This document shows positions 49,737 to 61,830 of a stretch of 64,000 bases of DNA, in pieces (positions within the stretch are counted from its first letter, which is position 1; each line of letters starts with the position of its first letter). Source of the DNA: Alloascoidea hylecoeti (taxonomy: Eukaryota); contig BCKZ01000035.1 in NCBI GenBank assembly GCA_001600815.1, positions 1 through 64,000 on the forward strand, given 5' to 3'. The notes beneath the pieces were generated by a model. It made no database searches. It saw only the letters and a list, made by a program, of their open reading frames with translations, and was not told the origin of the DNA. The translations under genes and the position numbers were made by a program.

Positions 49737-52628
49737 ATGATTAACACTAACAATAATCCAAGGGCTTCTTTTGAAGAACAGGAACGAACGAGGAGAAATT
49801 CGGTCGCGATTGCTGCAGCCCAGGCGGCCTCAACTTCCTCACATGCTCCATCTGCCACGTTTTGCACGAAATCCATAGATGAAACTCTGATAGAACTGAG
49901 AACAAGTGCGACTGATGGTATCATACCTGCGCAGGATGCAACGTACAGAAGAAGTATTCATGGTTTAAATGAATTAAAATCCGAAGAGGCCGAAAGCATA
50001 ATAATCAAATTCATAAAGAAATTTTATGAAGACCCTTTAATTATCCTATTAATCGTCTCTGCTGCTATATCCTTCTGTATGGGTAATACTGAAGATGCTA
50101 TATCTATTGGTCTGGCTATACTAATAGTTATCACAGTTGGATTTGTACAGGAATATAGGTCAGAAAAATCTTTGGAGGCTTTAAATAGTTTAGTACCAGC
50201 AGAAGCCCATTTGACAAGAGGTGGTCATACTCAGACAGTTATGGCCTCTTCCTTGGTTCCTGGTGATTTGGTTCATTTTGGTGTTGGTGATAGAATTCCT
50301 GCTGATATTCGATTAATTGAGGCTATTCATTTAACCATTGATGAAAGTAATTTAACTGGTGAAAATAAACCTGCAAGAAAATCAACTGATCCTGTAAAAA
50401 TCGAATCTTCTCTTCTAAATTCACCATTTTCAACTGGAATCCCCGTAAATGAACAACAATCAATTGCATTCATGGGTACATTGGTAAGAAATGGTCGAGG
50501 TTCAGGAATTGTTATTGCTACTGGTCCAAACACTGCTTTTGGTACCGTTTTTGAAATTATGTCTTCAATCGATAAACCAAAAACTCCATTACAATTATCA
50601 ATGGATCAATTAGGTAAACATCTATCTTTAATGAGTTTTGCTGTAATTGGTGTTATATGTTTATTCGGTATTTTTGAAGGTCGTTCATGGCTTGATATGT
50701 TTACGATATCTGTATCTTTAGCCGTTGCTGCTATACCTGAGGGTTTACCAATAATTGTTACTGTGACTTTAGCATTAGGTGTTTTAAGAATGGCAAAAAA
50801 GAAGGCAATTGTAAGAAGATTACCAAGTGTTGAAACTTTAGGTTCTGTTAATGTTATATGTAGTGATAAAACTGGTACTTTGACTAAAAATATGATGACA
50901 GTTACAAAATTATGGTCTTATGATATGGGTGTTGGTAACTTTGTAAATTCTGAACTTGATAATTTATTTACATCAAATGAATCATTGCCAAAAAATAATC
51001 TAGCAATTGCAAAATTATTTGAAATTGGTAATATTTGTAATAGTTCAATATTTTCATCAGAATCAAATAAATATATTGGTAATCCAACTGATGTTGCATT
51101 AATTGATGTTTTATCAAAATTTACTTTACAGGATATTAGAGCAACAAAAGTTAAAACTATTGAAATACCTTTTTCTTCATCACGTAAATGGATGGCAGTA
51201 TCTGCACATAATGGTTCAAAATCAACAATTGTTACGTATGTTAAAGGAGCTGTTGAAAGAATTTTAGAATTATCAACTTCTTATATGACAATAACTGGCG
51301 CAACACTTCCATTAAATGATAAAATAAAATCTCAAATTATTGAAAATGCAAATAAAATGTCTGAAGATGGTTCAAGAATTTTAGCATTTGCAACTGCAAA
51401 TGGTTCAATTATATCATCATCATCAAATATAGATCTAGAAGATGAGAAAAATGATGATATTTTACCAAAAAATATAGTTTTCACTGGCTTAACAGGTATG
51501 TATGATCCACCAAGACCAAATGTTAAAAATTCAATTATGCAATTAATGCGTGGTAGAGTAAGAGTTATAATGATTACTGGTGATTCTGAAAGTACTGCTT
51601 TAAATATTGCAAAATCTATTGGTATACCTGTTCAAAATAAACATTCTGTAATGTCTGGTGATGATTTAAATAAATTAACTCCTGAAGCTTTAGCTGATGC
51701 TATACAATATGTTTCAGTTTTTGCTCGTACAACTCCAAAACATAAAATGGCAATTGTTGAAGCTTTACAATTACGTGGTGATGTCGTTGCAATGACTGGT
51801 GATGGTGTTAATGATGCACCTGCTTTAAAATTAGCAGATATTGGTATTAGTATGGGTAAAAATGGTACAGATGTTGCAAAAGAAGCTGCAGATATGGTTT
51901 TAACTGATGATGATTTTTCAACTATTTTAACTGCAATTGAAGAAGGTAAAGCAATTTTTTATAATATTCAAAATTTTTTAACCTTTCAATTATCAACCTC
52001 AATTGCTGCTTTATCGTTAATTGCATTATCAACATTTTTTAGATTACCAACTCCTTTAAATGCAATGCAAATTTTATGGATTAATATTTTAATGGACGGT
52101 CCACCTGCTCAATCATTAGGTGTTGAACCAGTTGATCATGCAATTATGAATAAACCACCAAGATCAAGAAAAGATCAAATTTTAACAAAAAGTGTTTTTA
52201 AACGTATAATTCAAGCAGCAACAATTATTGTATCTGGTACATGTTTTATATATATTTCTGAAATGGCAAAAGATGGTGAAGTTACAAAAAGAGATACAAC
52301 AATGACATTTACATGTTTTGTATTTTTTGATATGTTTAATGCTCTATCTTGTAGATCAGCAACAAAATCAGTATTTGAAAATGGTTTTTTTACAAATGTT
52401 ATGTTTAATGCTGCTGTTGGTTTAAGTATATTGGGACAATTTTTAGTTATTTATTTACCATTTTTTCAAAGGATTTTTCAAACTGAAGCATTAGGATTAA
52501 ATGATATATTATTTTTATTTTGTTTATGCAGTACTGTCTGGATAGCCGATGAAATTAGTAAATTTTTTAAAAAAAGGAAGAATGGAAGGAGAGGAGGAGT
52601 TTTATCTGGGTTTTCATTACCTGTTTGA
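49737..52628 (+). CDS. PMR1: Golgi Ca2+/Mn2+ P-type ATPase
   Basis: QEYRSEKSLEAL, DESNLTGE, AAIPEGLP, CSDKTGTLT, MTGDGVNDAPAL, WINILMDGPPAQSLGVEP, RDTTMTFTCFV. Confidence 0.95.
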   Translation: MINTNNNPRASFEEQERTRRNSVAIAAAQAASTSSHAPSATFCTKSIDETLIELRTSATDGIIPAQDATYRRSIHGLNELKSEEAESIIIKFIKKFYEDPLIILLIVSAAISFCMGNTEDAISIGLAILIVITVGFVQEYRSEKSLEALNSLVPAEAHLTRGGHTQTVMASSLVPGDLVHFGVGDRIPADIRLIEAIHLTIDESNLTGENKPARKSTDPVKIESSLLNSPFSTGIPVNEQQSIAFMGTLVRNGRGSGIVIATGPNTAFGTVFEIMSSIDKPKTPLQLSMDQLGKHLSLMSFAVIGVICLFGIFEGRSWLDMFTISVSLAVAAIPEGLPIIVTVTLALGVLRMAKKKAIVRRLPSVETLGSVNVICSDKTGTLTKNMMTVTKLWSYDMGVGNFVNSELDNLFTSNESLPKNNLAIAKLFEIGNICNSSIFSSESNKYIGNPTDVALIDVLSKFTLQDIRATKVKTIEIPFSSSRKWMAVSAHNGSKSTIVTYVKGAVERILELSTSYMTITGATLPLNDKIKSQIIENANKMSEDGSRILAFATANGSIISSSSNIDLEDEKNDDILPKNIVFTGLTGMYDPPRPNVKNSIMQLMRGRVRVIMITGDSESTALNIAKSIGIPVQNKHSVMSGDDLNKLTPEALADAIQYVSVFARTTPKHKMAIVEALQLRGDVVAMTGDGVNDAPALKLADIGISMGKNGTDVAKEAADMVLTDDDFSTILTAIEEGKAIFYNIQNFLTFQLSTSIAALSLIALSTFFRLPTPLNAMQILWINILMDGPPAQSLGVEPVDHAIMNKPPRSRKDQILTKSVFKRIIQAATIIVSGTCFIYISEMAKDGEVTKRDTTMTFTCFVFFDMFNALSCRSATKSVFENGFFTNVMFNAAVGLSILGQFLVIYLPFFQRIFQTEALGLNDILFLFCLCSTVWIADEISKFFKKRKNGRRGGVLSGFSLPV

Positions 52629-53509
52629 TAAAATTTTAATATTTAGACAACTAATCAGAATCATAATCAATAAACAAATTACAAGAAAATCAAAAAAACC
52701 CAATAACATTCAATAAAACAGAAACACAAATATCATGCTGTTATAAATACCATCAAGTGTATTATTTATATAATATTTATAAGATTGATTGTATTTCAAT
52801 TGTACTGCATTTTATTTCGGATTAACTATTTTTCGATGTGATATTTATATATATTATACTATAACTAATAATAGATAGACGTTTTTATTATCTTTTATAT
52901 AAATTTAAGCCCATCATTACATGACAATCATATTTAATATTTGAGACAGAAGGAAAGAAGTTGATATATTTATATGATTAGCGATCGCTATAATTGAAAC
53001 GTTTCTTTCTAACGGTTTCTATTCATACCCTTTCGAAATCAATTGTACATTTAATATTAACATACTTTAGAATATATTTCAATCTCAATTAAAAGTGAAC
53101 TGCTAAACTATTATATTCAATACTATGAGCTCTACTAATGATGATAGTAAATAATTCTAGTTAATTAAAAGCAAAGATGAAGCAGGCTCATACATCATGT
53201 AAACACACACACATTTACCCTTAAAAACTGGATTTCTCGGTCGAGAATTCAACAAAAACTTTTTTTAATGCTGGAAATATGGTAGAAATAGTTGAGAGGT
53301 TCATATTTGTAAAATTTTATAAGATCACCAAGTTGAATTTCACGGACTTTACATGAATATGGAAAACCGTAGACTCCCCATGCAATAAGGCGTTCTCCGG
53401 ATGTGAAGAACTAGAAGAACTAAAAGAACTTAAAGAACAAAAGGATATGATTCAAAGATAGACTGGAGTGGTCTCACGACTTTTGGGAATCGGTATGGTG
53501 TTGTATTTC

Positions 53510-53880
53510 GCAACGAATGTTCGGCCGCTATAGGATCCCGAGAAAGTATAATTATGTTTTACAAAAGTCAGACCAGGCCTTTGAACTTCACAAGATTTAT
53601 AGTATAAAGAAGTTTAAGGTTGTAAGTCTTATGCTATGGACTGGAATTTGGAAAATTGGTTGTATTCCATTGTAAGGAGTAGTTTTTGATGTTACCTTGT
53701 AGAGTGAAAGACGTTTGTTAAGCTTAAGGGCGCGCTAATACTAAATATCAGACAGAAGGTGTCGTTTTACTAGACCAGTCGAATATTTAGAATTTACGTA
53801 ACATTATAAACTGTTTCAAGTGCATCCTAAAAGGCCTTGTGGACTATTCGATGGCTGGTTATATTATTACCATGTTTATG
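53510..53880 (+). pseudogene. Decayed coding relic related to 5600..5960
   Basis: LRA..LIL...*TSRIFRIYVTL*...LVDYSMAGYII; colinear with the first relic. Confidence 0.5.
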
Positions 53881-54418
53881 TGAAGTAGTGACTTTAAAGT
53901 AAAGGGCAGTTTAATCTTGACCAGTGATAGTATAAATTTAAGTAATTTATTTAAATTATAGCTATTTATAACAGATAAGAGTTAAAAACAATAAATTGCA
54001 TTTCTAATTGCAATATTAATCGATAAGTTTTTTAAAAATATTAATAAAACAAACAAAATATTAAAAAAACATCATAACTAACTTAGTACTAAAATGTCAG
54101 AATACACATATATAATAAATATACCCAATAACAAGATATTGTTGAAAATAAAGCAAATTAAATCAATTCAAATCAAGGATAATATAATTTTTTTTTATTT
54201 GAGAGATAGTCTCGAATTAGGCCAAATCAAAATCAAAAGCAAAAGCAAAAAAACAAAGACAAAAATAAAAACAGATTAGAAATATAATAGATTTTTAAAA
54301 AAAAAACACTAAAAACAATAAGTCTCAAGGACTCATTGAAATTAACAATTGTTTAAAAATAAAGGTGTACAAAATAGAAATATAAAATAAAAACTGTAGA
54401 AACAGATTAAGTCCACTG

Positions 54419-54582
54419 AATAGCTTTTGATAATGATTGATCAACATCATTAATAATGATTGGACTGTGTACCATTCAGTGGAAACATAACCGCCATTCC
54501 AATCACCTCCAATAACCAACCTCATTGTAATCACAATCGCTAACTTAACAACATGTATTTTATTCCGATTTCCATGTTCAGT
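54419..54582 (-). pseudogene. Diverged tandem copy of the last ~55 codons of BEM2
   Basis: TEHGNRNKIHVVKLAIVITM...NGGYVSTE...LLMMLINHYQKLF versus TEHGERNKMHAVNLAIVFAM...NGGNVSTE...LLKLLISHYQEVF; offset 282 bp, no indels. Confidence 0.85.
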
Positions 54583-54693
54583 TAAACAAATTAAAAATAT
54601 ATACAAAAAAGATTAACGATTGATTAAAATAAAAAGAAAAGGAAAAAATAATATGAAAACAAAAAAAAATTGTAATTATGGAAAAAAATTAAA

Positions 54694-57600
54694 TTAAATA
54701 AATACCTCTTGGTAATGACTGATCAACAGTTTTAATAATGTTTGAATTGCACCCAATTCAGTTGAGACATTACCACCATTCCCATCACTTCCCATAATAA
54801 AACTCATCGCAAAAACAATTGCTAAATTAACTGCATGCATTTTATTCCGCTCTCCATGTTCAGTAACACGATATAAATGTTCAAATAATCTTTTCATTAA
54901 TCTTAGATTATATTCTGGTAATTTAAAAATAATTTCTCGAATCCTTGCAATTTGTTCTTTTTCTGTTGCTGGTTTAGCTTTTATAGCAGCAACAAATTCA
55001 GGGAATAATTTTGTTGTTAAAGGTGGTTCAGGCAATTCCCGAAGATATGATTTAAAACAACCTGCAACTGTATTAATATCAAACCATTTATTATCTTCCA
55101 TATTAACATTAGTAGTTTCATCAAAGGCTTGTTTTAATGCATTGACACTTGCTAAAGAACCAGGAATACGATAAATACCAACTTCATCTAATCCTCGAAG
55201 TTCAATTTCTTTAAGTAATGTTTCAACAACTGTTGGAACTAATGTTCCTTCACGTTCACAAACGAGATCAACTGGAACTCCAAATACTCTAGTATTATTA
55301 CCTTTTGTTGATTTTGATAAATAAGCATATCTTCTTGAAATTGCACATGATTGTACCCATTGGGCAGCATCTTCATTTGTAGTTGCTTGAAACGTATATT
55401 GATTACCAGATTCTTTAATAACAACTTTAAACAATCCATCAAAATCATTAGAATGAATAATCAAAGATGAAGTTTCTGGTAAATGAAGTGATAAAACTGG
55501 TTTTGATTTTGGTAATTCATCATTCATATTTAATTGAGGTAATTCATAAATTGAAACCATTTTATTAGTACCACCATTATCATTATTATTACTACTATTG
55601 TTGTTGGGAGTAATTGTTGCACTTACTAAACTTGAAATTGTTTGATTTGAATGATATCGACCATTTGATGAAAAAGGTTTCCTACCGTTTTTAAAGAAAG
55701 ATCCTAATTTAAATTTATTTCCAAATTTCTTATCATTTAATTCACCATTTATAGAAATTCCACTTGAATTTGAATCATTAATCAATTGATTATTATTATT
55801 AATAACATTGGAAGTATTATTATTTTTCTTTTGATTTGATTCTTTAATTTGTCGTAATATAAGATCTCTTTGTTTTAAATCTCTTTTTAATTTTTCAATT
55901 TGATTTTCAATATGAACAGTAAAAACTTTTAATTTTTGTTCATTTTTTGGATATTCTCTTGATTCTTTTAAAGCAGTTTCTTTTGCCATTCTTTTATCAG
56001 GAAAGATTAAATATTTTTTCATTGTATTATCAAAAGTTTCTGATCCACTACTAAAACTTGAAGCAGAAGAATTTGATCGATTTCGATCATTATCATTAAT
56101 TGATGATGATTTATTTGTTAATGAAAATAAATCATTAAATGATTCATCAATTTTTGAATTACCATCATTAATTAAATTTGTTGTATCAATAATATTTGTA
56201 ATACAATTATAAATAAATCTTCTTTTATCAAAATTAATTAATTTTGGATTTTCAATTGACATATTTGGAAAATAACAAGCAATTTCTAATAATCTTTCAA
56301 TTAACCAACCAGGACATGTTGTTAATGGATAACAAGCCATATCACCTTGTAAATCATTTTTATTAAAAAATGGAATCATTACACTTAAAGTATTTGCATG
56401 TGGAGCACCAACTGACATTGCAGCACGTTTCCAAGAATGAGCAAAACAACGAGATTCAGGTCTTAAAATAGCATCAGAAATTGCAGTTTCAACAAATGCA
56501 GGAATATGAGGAGAAATTGAAGATTGTTGATAATCATCTTTTGAAAATAGATCTAAAATTGACATTCTTGTTTTAATAACACCAAGAGAATTTAATAAAC
56601 ATGACATTCTTTGAATTCTAATTTCTTTATGAATTGTATGATCACAAATATTAGCAGCCAAATAATTTGCTAAAATATCATGTAAATTTAATAATCTTTT
56701 AACAGAAGGAGGTAATTTATCAAAAACTAAACCTTTTGATGAATCAGTTATACCACCTCTACATAAAGTATCAAACCAATTAAAAACAGATTGTATAATA
56801 ATATCATTATCATCAACTCCAAATCTTTGTTGAGATTGTTGTTGTTCTTTAAAATTAAATAAATCAATTGTATTAACTGTTTGTAATTCTAAAAGTTCAA
56901 ATGTTGTTATCCAATCAGATAATGAAACATTATTAAAAAACTTTAAAGAAATTGAATCTAATTTTTCAATAAATATTTCAATATTATATAAATCCATTGA
57001 AGTTGGAATTGTTGGTAATAATTGAATAATTTCTCTTGTTGATGGGAATTTTTTTGGTGATTCTAATGGTCTATAACTTCTTTTTATAAATAATTTTCTT
57101 AATTTTCTAAATAGCATGTTTATAGTTGTAAAAAAACTTTCAATTTCTTCACAATTTTCAATTGGAATTATCATATGAACTGAAGAAGAAGGTGTTGAAT
57201 TTGATGAAGAAGTTGATGATTTACTATTAAATCTTTTTGGCCAATCAATCATTTCTTGATCCATTACTTTTAATAAATCTAAAAACATTGTTTTTAAATT
57301 AATATCATTTGCAAAATCATTAAAATATTGTGTTATCCATAAAATTAATGCTTCTAAAACACCAATTTGAACTTGTGCAACATATCTCCAATTAATTTTA
57401 GCATTATTATCATTAACAAGATCATCCCAAATTAAAAAAGTGTCAATATTTTTATCAATATTATCTTCTTTATTAGTTGAAGTACTTGATGCTAAAATTT
57501 TTGCATTTCTTCTTGATATTGATATTGAAACTGATTTTGAACCAATAAATCGACGACCTAAAGATTCTAATAATATAGTTGGTGAGCAAAAACTTCTATA

Positions 57601-60600
57601 GGTTGCAAAAAAAGTTAATGTATAAATCCCCATATCCATTGTTAATTGTGGATAATTCATTTGATCATCATCATCTTTATTAATTGTTGTTGTATTTGAA
57701 TTTTTTTTAGTAACTTCTGGTCCAAAAGCACTTGCACCTAAAATTAAAACATCAATTAATCTATCAATTGTACCAGATTTTGTATAAACTATAATTGGTT
57801 TATCATCATCAATTGAATTTCTTTTATTAAAATTTTGAGAATTTTGTAATGAATCTGAATCATTTTCAGTTTCTGTATCATTATCATTTTCAATTTTAAT
57901 ATCATTGTTTGAATTTGAATCTGAATTTGAAGAATCTGAATCATTTTCAATATTAATTCCATCATCATTATCATTACCATTTCCATTATCATTATTTAAA
58001 TATTTAAAAATTAAATCATCATGAATATAATAAAAATTTGAAGAAATATTTAAAATATCATAAATATTTTTTAAAAAAATTTGATTATTATTATTAAATT
58101 TTAATAATAATTTTGAATTTTCATCTAAATTTTTTAATGATTTATTTTGTTGTTTGTTAATATTTAAATTTAATTTTAAATTTAAATTTAATTTAGTATT
58201 TGATAATTTAATCTTATTAATAATTTCTAAACTTGATAAATCTAAATCAATATAACCAGTAATTGCAAAACTCAAATCTTTTTCTTTATCATTATTATTT
58301 TTATCACTAACAATTAATTCACCATTATTATTAATATTAAAATTAATAACACTTGATTCATCATTTGAATTCCCAATATTCTTTTTATTTTTCTTAGTAT
58401 GTGAAGCAATATTATTGTTATTACCCAATAAAACATTTTTTGAGAAAATTTTATATGATGGTATTAAATCATCAAATAATATAGGTAAATAAGAACCTGT
58501 TATTAAAGGAGTTTTTAAAAAATCATGTTTATTGAAATATTCACCAGATATTGATGGTTCAATAATTAGTGATAATTTCATTAATGAATCTGAAGAATAA
58601 TCATCAATATTATAATTATCAGTTAAAATTATATATAATAATTTTTGCATTAATGGCCAATTTTTAGTTGATGAAGAAGAAGTAGTTAAAATATTTGATG
58701 AATCATTAACTTGATTTAAATAACTTGACCATCTTTCAAAAGCCATTTTAACTCTTTTAACATGTCTTTCACATTGTTTTATATCAATATTTGATTCTTG
58801 TTTCATAAATAAATCACCAAAATATGGAACAACTCTATCCTTTGGATAAGTTTCTCCAATTCCTTGTGGAGCTAAAACATGATAAGTATGTTTTGTTGAA
58901 GATTCAGAAACTAATTGTCTACGTTCTAAATCAAATATAACAGGAGACCATTCTTTTGAAACTAATTCATAATGATTTTTTGAAATTAATGACCAAGTTT
59001 CTGATAATCTTAATATTGGAGTTGAACATATAATTGATGCAATTGCTAACCAACTAACCATATCACCATTTTTTTCTAATGCTGAACCTAATTCAATCCA
59101 TTTTGTTAAAATTTTTGATCTTATTAAAGGTTTTTTTGAAAAACATTGTTTTTTATTTAAATTTGTTGAAGATTTTGATGAATGTTTTTTATTTAATGGT
59201 AATAAATGATTAATTAACATTCTACTTAAAAAATGCATATTATTTGAATCAAAAATTAATGGATTCCAATTTCTATAATTATAAGGAGATTCTTGTAATA
59301 ATGATAAATCTAATATTGGACTCCAAATTTTTGTAAAATTTAATAATAATGATGATATTTGATTTGCTAAAATTTTTGAATCAACTAATATAAAAATTTC
59401 TGGTGGTATTGAAACTAATTTTGAATAAAAAATTTTATTATTTGAAATATCATTTGAAATTTGATTTTGTGATTGAGATGATGATGAAGATGGAGGTTGT
59501 TCTTGAATTTGATGTTTTTTAACCGATGATGATGATGATGATGATTGATTTTTATATAATTTTTCCTTTTCTTGAATAACTTGATGAATATAATCTTTTA
59601 ATCTTTCAGCTAATCCAGGTTTTATACCATTTGGATGATAATCCATTTTCATACCATTATTTCCATTTCCATTTCCATTACCATTACCATTATTAATATT
59701 AATATTATTAGTTGAAATTAAATCAGTTAATTTTTTACATTTTTTACTAACACTAAATTTTAATTTTGTTGCAATTATATCATCATGATGAGATAATAAT
59801 TCTAATAATTTCATAATTTTATTAAAAATTGAAGGTTCTAATAAAAAACCATATAATTCATCTTGTAAAATTGATATAATTTTTGATAAACGACGGGTTA
59901 AAATAGTTTCTGTTTCATTTGTTATTGTTACAGGAATATTATTTGATTGATTTGATGATTGTTGTTGTTGTTGTGGAGATTGTGATATTGTAAATGAACG
60001 AGAATGACTAAAAGAATTCGCAGGAGATAATTTCTTTGAATTTGTTGAATCTGTAGTTGTATTTGAATTTGTATTTGAATTTTGAAAAGGTCTTGAATTA
60101 AAGCAACTTGCATAAATACAAAAGAAATCCAAGGCATTACCAATTATATCAAATAAAGGTATATAAATTAATAAATCATGAGTTAAATCATCATTTGTAG
60201 TTGGATTAAATAAAATTGAATGACATATTGATTCCAAAGTACCAGATATAATTGAATCATTTGAATCAAGTATTAAATCAGGATGTGGGTAAATTGGAGA
60301 ATAATAAGTTAACGAAGTTGGAGATGAAGGATTTGAAGATTTTAACTTTAAATTTGATTGTTGTTGTTGTTGCATTGGAGCAGTTGAAGTCATTGAAGAG
60401 GAAGGTCTTATTGACATTTCATTTTGAGAAGTTTGACTTGTAATATTAACCGAGGCCCGCCTATCTCTTGACATGGTTAAGGAAGATTGAGATTTAACAG
60501 TTAAAAATCTATCATTAATATTGATTTCAGAAGTTGTTGTTGAAAGAGGATGATTTGAAGTAGAATTTGAGGTAGAATTTGAAGTAGAATTTGAAGTATG

Positions 60601-60930
60601 AATTGATGGAGGAGATAAACCAGGTACAAAACATTTAAACTCTTTATTCGGAGGTTTATAAATCAATAAATTAGGACCCTTTATGATTGCCTGGAATAGT
60701 TTAAAATCGTTGATGTTATTGTTGGATTCGCCCCAAGTTGAAAAAGTGGCTTGACTTCTATTAACCCATCCACGTCTAATTATAGAAGAATCGAAATTGT
60801 CAATGGAGAATTGATCGGGAGTTATGACCATTGTCGAAATGGAAGATTTCGTCGAGAGATCAGGCTGGTCATTGGCTTTATCGTAAGAAGTGTCAGAGGA
60901 AGCTTTTATATCAGCTATCCGGTCTGGCAT
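54694..60930 (-). CDS. BEM2: Rho GTPase-activating protein with RasGEF-like and PH domains
   Basis: GTLESICH, GDMVSWLAIA, VPYFG, TFFATYRSF, INFDKRRF, PH end FQAT..W, RhoGAP GLDEVGIYRIPGS..KSYLRELPEP..NKM..NLAIVF. Adjacent to MYG1, as in S. cerevisiae (YER155C/YER156C). Confidence 0.9.
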   Translation of the reverse strand: MPDRIADIKASSDTSYDKANDQPDLSTKSSISTMVITPDQFSIDNFDSSIIRRGWVNRSQATFSTWGESNNNINDFKLFQAIIKGPNLLIYKPPNKEFKCFVPGLSPPSIHTSNSTSNSTSNSTSNHPLSTTTSEININDRFLTVKSQSSLTMSRDRRASVNITSQTSQNEMSIRPSSSMTSTAPMQQQQQSNLKLKSSNPSSPTSLTYYSPIYPHPDLILDSNDSIISGTLESICHSILFNPTTNDDLTHDLLIYIPLFDIIGNALDFFCIYASCFNSRPFQNSNTNSNTTTDSTNSKKLSPANSFSHSRSFTISQSPQQQQQSSNQSNNIPVTITNETETILTRRLSKIISILQDELYGFLLEPSIFNKIMKLLELLSHHDDIIATKLKFSVSKKCKKLTDLISTNNININNGNGNGNGNGNNGMKMDYHPNGIKPGLAERLKDYIHQVIQEKEKLYKNQSSSSSSSVKKHQIQEQPPSSSSSQSQNQISNDISNNKIFYSKLVSIPPEIFILVDSKILANQISSLLLNFTKIWSPILDLSLLQESPYNYRNWNPLIFDSNNMHFLSRMLINHLLPLNKKHSSKSSTNLNKKQCFSKKPLIRSKILTKWIELGSALEKNGDMVSWLAIASIICSTPILRLSETWSLISKNHYELVSKEWSPVIFDLERRQLVSESSTKHTYHVLAPQGIGETYPKDRVVPYFGDLFMKQESNIDIKQCERHVKRVKMAFERWSSYLNQVNDSSNILTTSSSSTKNWPLMQKLLYIILTDNYNIDDYSSDSLMKLSLIIEPSISGEYFNKHDFLKTPLITGSYLPILFDDLIPSYKIFSKNVLLGNNNNIASHTKKNKKNIGNSNDESSVINFNINNNGELIVSDKNNNDKEKDLSFAITGYIDLDLSSLEIINKIKLSNTKLNLNLKLNLNINKQQNKSLKNLDENSKLLLKFNNNNQIFLKNIYDILNISSNFYYIHDDLIFKYLNNDNGNGNDNDDGINIENDSDSSNSDSNSNNDIKIENDNDTETENDSDSLQNSQNFNKRNSIDDDKPIIVYTKSGTIDRLIDVLILGASAFGPEVTKKNSNTTTINKDDDDQMNYPQLTMDMGIYTLTFFATYRSFCSPTILLESLGRRFIGSKSVSISISRRNAKILASSTSTNKEDNIDKNIDTFLIWDDLVNDNNAKINWRYVAQVQIGVLEALILWITQYFNDFANDINLKTMFLDLLKVMDQEMIDWPKRFNSKSSTSSSNSTPSSSVHMIIPIENCEEIESFFTTINMLFRKLRKLFIKRSYRPLESPKKFPSTREIIQLLPTIPTSMDLYNIEIFIEKLDSISLKFFNNVSLSDWITTFELLELQTVNTIDLFNFKEQQQSQQRFGVDDNDIIIQSVFNWFDTLCRGGITDSSKGLVFDKLPPSVKRLLNLHDILANYLAANICDHTIHKEIRIQRMSCLLNSLGVIKTRMSILDLFSKDDYQQSSISPHIPAFVETAISDAILRPESRCFAHSWKRAAMSVGAPHANTLSVMIPFFNKNDLQGDMACYPLTTCPGWLIERLLEIACYFPNMSIENPKLINFDKRRFIYNCITNIIDTTNLINDGNSKIDESFNDLFSLTNKSSSINDNDRNRSNSSASSFSSGSETFDNTMKKYLIFPDKRMAKETALKESREYPKNEQKLKVFTVHIENQIEKLKRDLKQRDLILRQIKESNQKKNNNTSNVINNNNQLINDSNSSGISINGELNDKKFGNKFKLGSFFKNGRKPFSSNGRYHSNQTISSLVSATITPNNNSSNNNDNGGTNKMVSIYELPQLNMNDELPKSKPVLSLHLPETSSLIIHSNDFDGLFKVVIKESGNQYTFQATTNEDAAQWVQSCAISRRYAYLSKSTKGNNTRVFGVPVDLVCEREGTLVPTVVETLLKEIELRGLDEVGIYRIPGSLASVNALKQAFDETTNVNMEDNKWFDINTVAGCFKSYLRELPEPPLTTKLFPEFVAAIKAKPATEKEQIARIREIIFKLPEYNLRLMKRLFEHLYRVTEHGERNKMHAVNLAIVFAMSFIMGSDGNGGNVSTELGAIQTLLKLLISHYQEVFI

Positions 60931-60989
60931 ATTGGAGTTAGAAAGAATGGAGGAAGAAAGGAAAACAGCAGCAAAGGATGAATATAAGG

Positions 60990-61830
60990 AGATAATAATA
61001 ATCGTGCTGTAACGTACCTGTGCTCGTGCTCAAGTTCAAAGAGTCTGTTCGGGAGCTACAATGTTTCACGTTAGAACACGTTGGGACTGGTAGCAAAAGT
61101 GGAGATTCGTACTGGGAGTCTGCGTGGGTGTCGCCCTCCCCCGCGCCGTCGCCCTCCCCCCTCGCCGCACCCTCGCCGCCGTGGGACGCGTGGGTCTTGG
61201 GGAGGTGGGTGTTGCGGAACCCGTTCTGTTTCGCGCGTTCTCGTTTTCTGCCCAAAAGCCGCATTTCTTCCTTTTTGCTACGAGAATCAACAGAAGTGGA
61301 ACAAAAACATTCCCGCACCACGTGACGTCGGCTCCTGCTCCCGGCTGCAACAATGGCATGCGCATTACTAATGCATTACGTAACTATATGGCTAAGATGG
61401 TTACACTAAGATGGTCGTTACACTAAGATGGTCGTTACACGGCCTGCTCCGCCATCTGCAGCGCGCCCTCCTTGCTCTGGTTCCCCCCGATGAACCCAGA
61501 CGCGTGCACAAACACCCCCCCGGAAATCCCGCTCTTCTCGCTCAGCTCCCCGTCCCTCAACCCACGCCATGCTTCTGGAAGTGCCTTCCGCGACGCAAAG
61601 CTGTCATGGCTTTCCGACACCGCTTGCACCCTCCACCCACCGTTGGAGTCCGGGTACAGGACATACAGAATCTTACCTGCGATGTCCATTTCTTTTTCTG
61701 TCTCGTACAGATGCTCCTTCCATGGTAAAAACCCGTCGAAGACAACGATCTTCCCGTCACAAATGTTCTCCTGCTGCGACTTGAAGACTGCTTCGTAGAC
61801 CAAATTCTTAGCTGGCAGCCATGCTTTGCC
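60990..61830. other. GC-rich island covering the BEM2 promoter and the MYG1 3' half
   Basis: Visibly GC/CpG-rich against very AT-rich flanks; CACGTGAC at 61319. Confidence 0.85.
61392..61440. repeat. Tandem ctaagatgg(tcg)ttaca x3 overlapping the MYG1 stop
   Basis: One 14-bp and two 17-bp units. Confidence 0.9.

Noticed and set aside
49591..49762. Extra 5' exon and intron for PMR1 (ATG 49591, GTACGC..ACTAAC..AAG, in frame)
   Set aside because: Possible, but both splice sites are non-consensus, the ATG sits in a palindromic motif (gagtcacatgactc), and the unspliced start already gives a plausible N-terminus. RNA-seq is needed.
61392..61440. CRISPR-like or telomeric array
   Set aside because: No spacers, eukaryotic context, and the unit derives from the local gene end.
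61435..61830. Alternative yeast genetic code (CUG=Ser/Ala)
   Set aside because: CTG encodes conserved Leu positions in Myg1 (W-L-PA, PWKEH-L, YV-L-Y), supporting the standard code.
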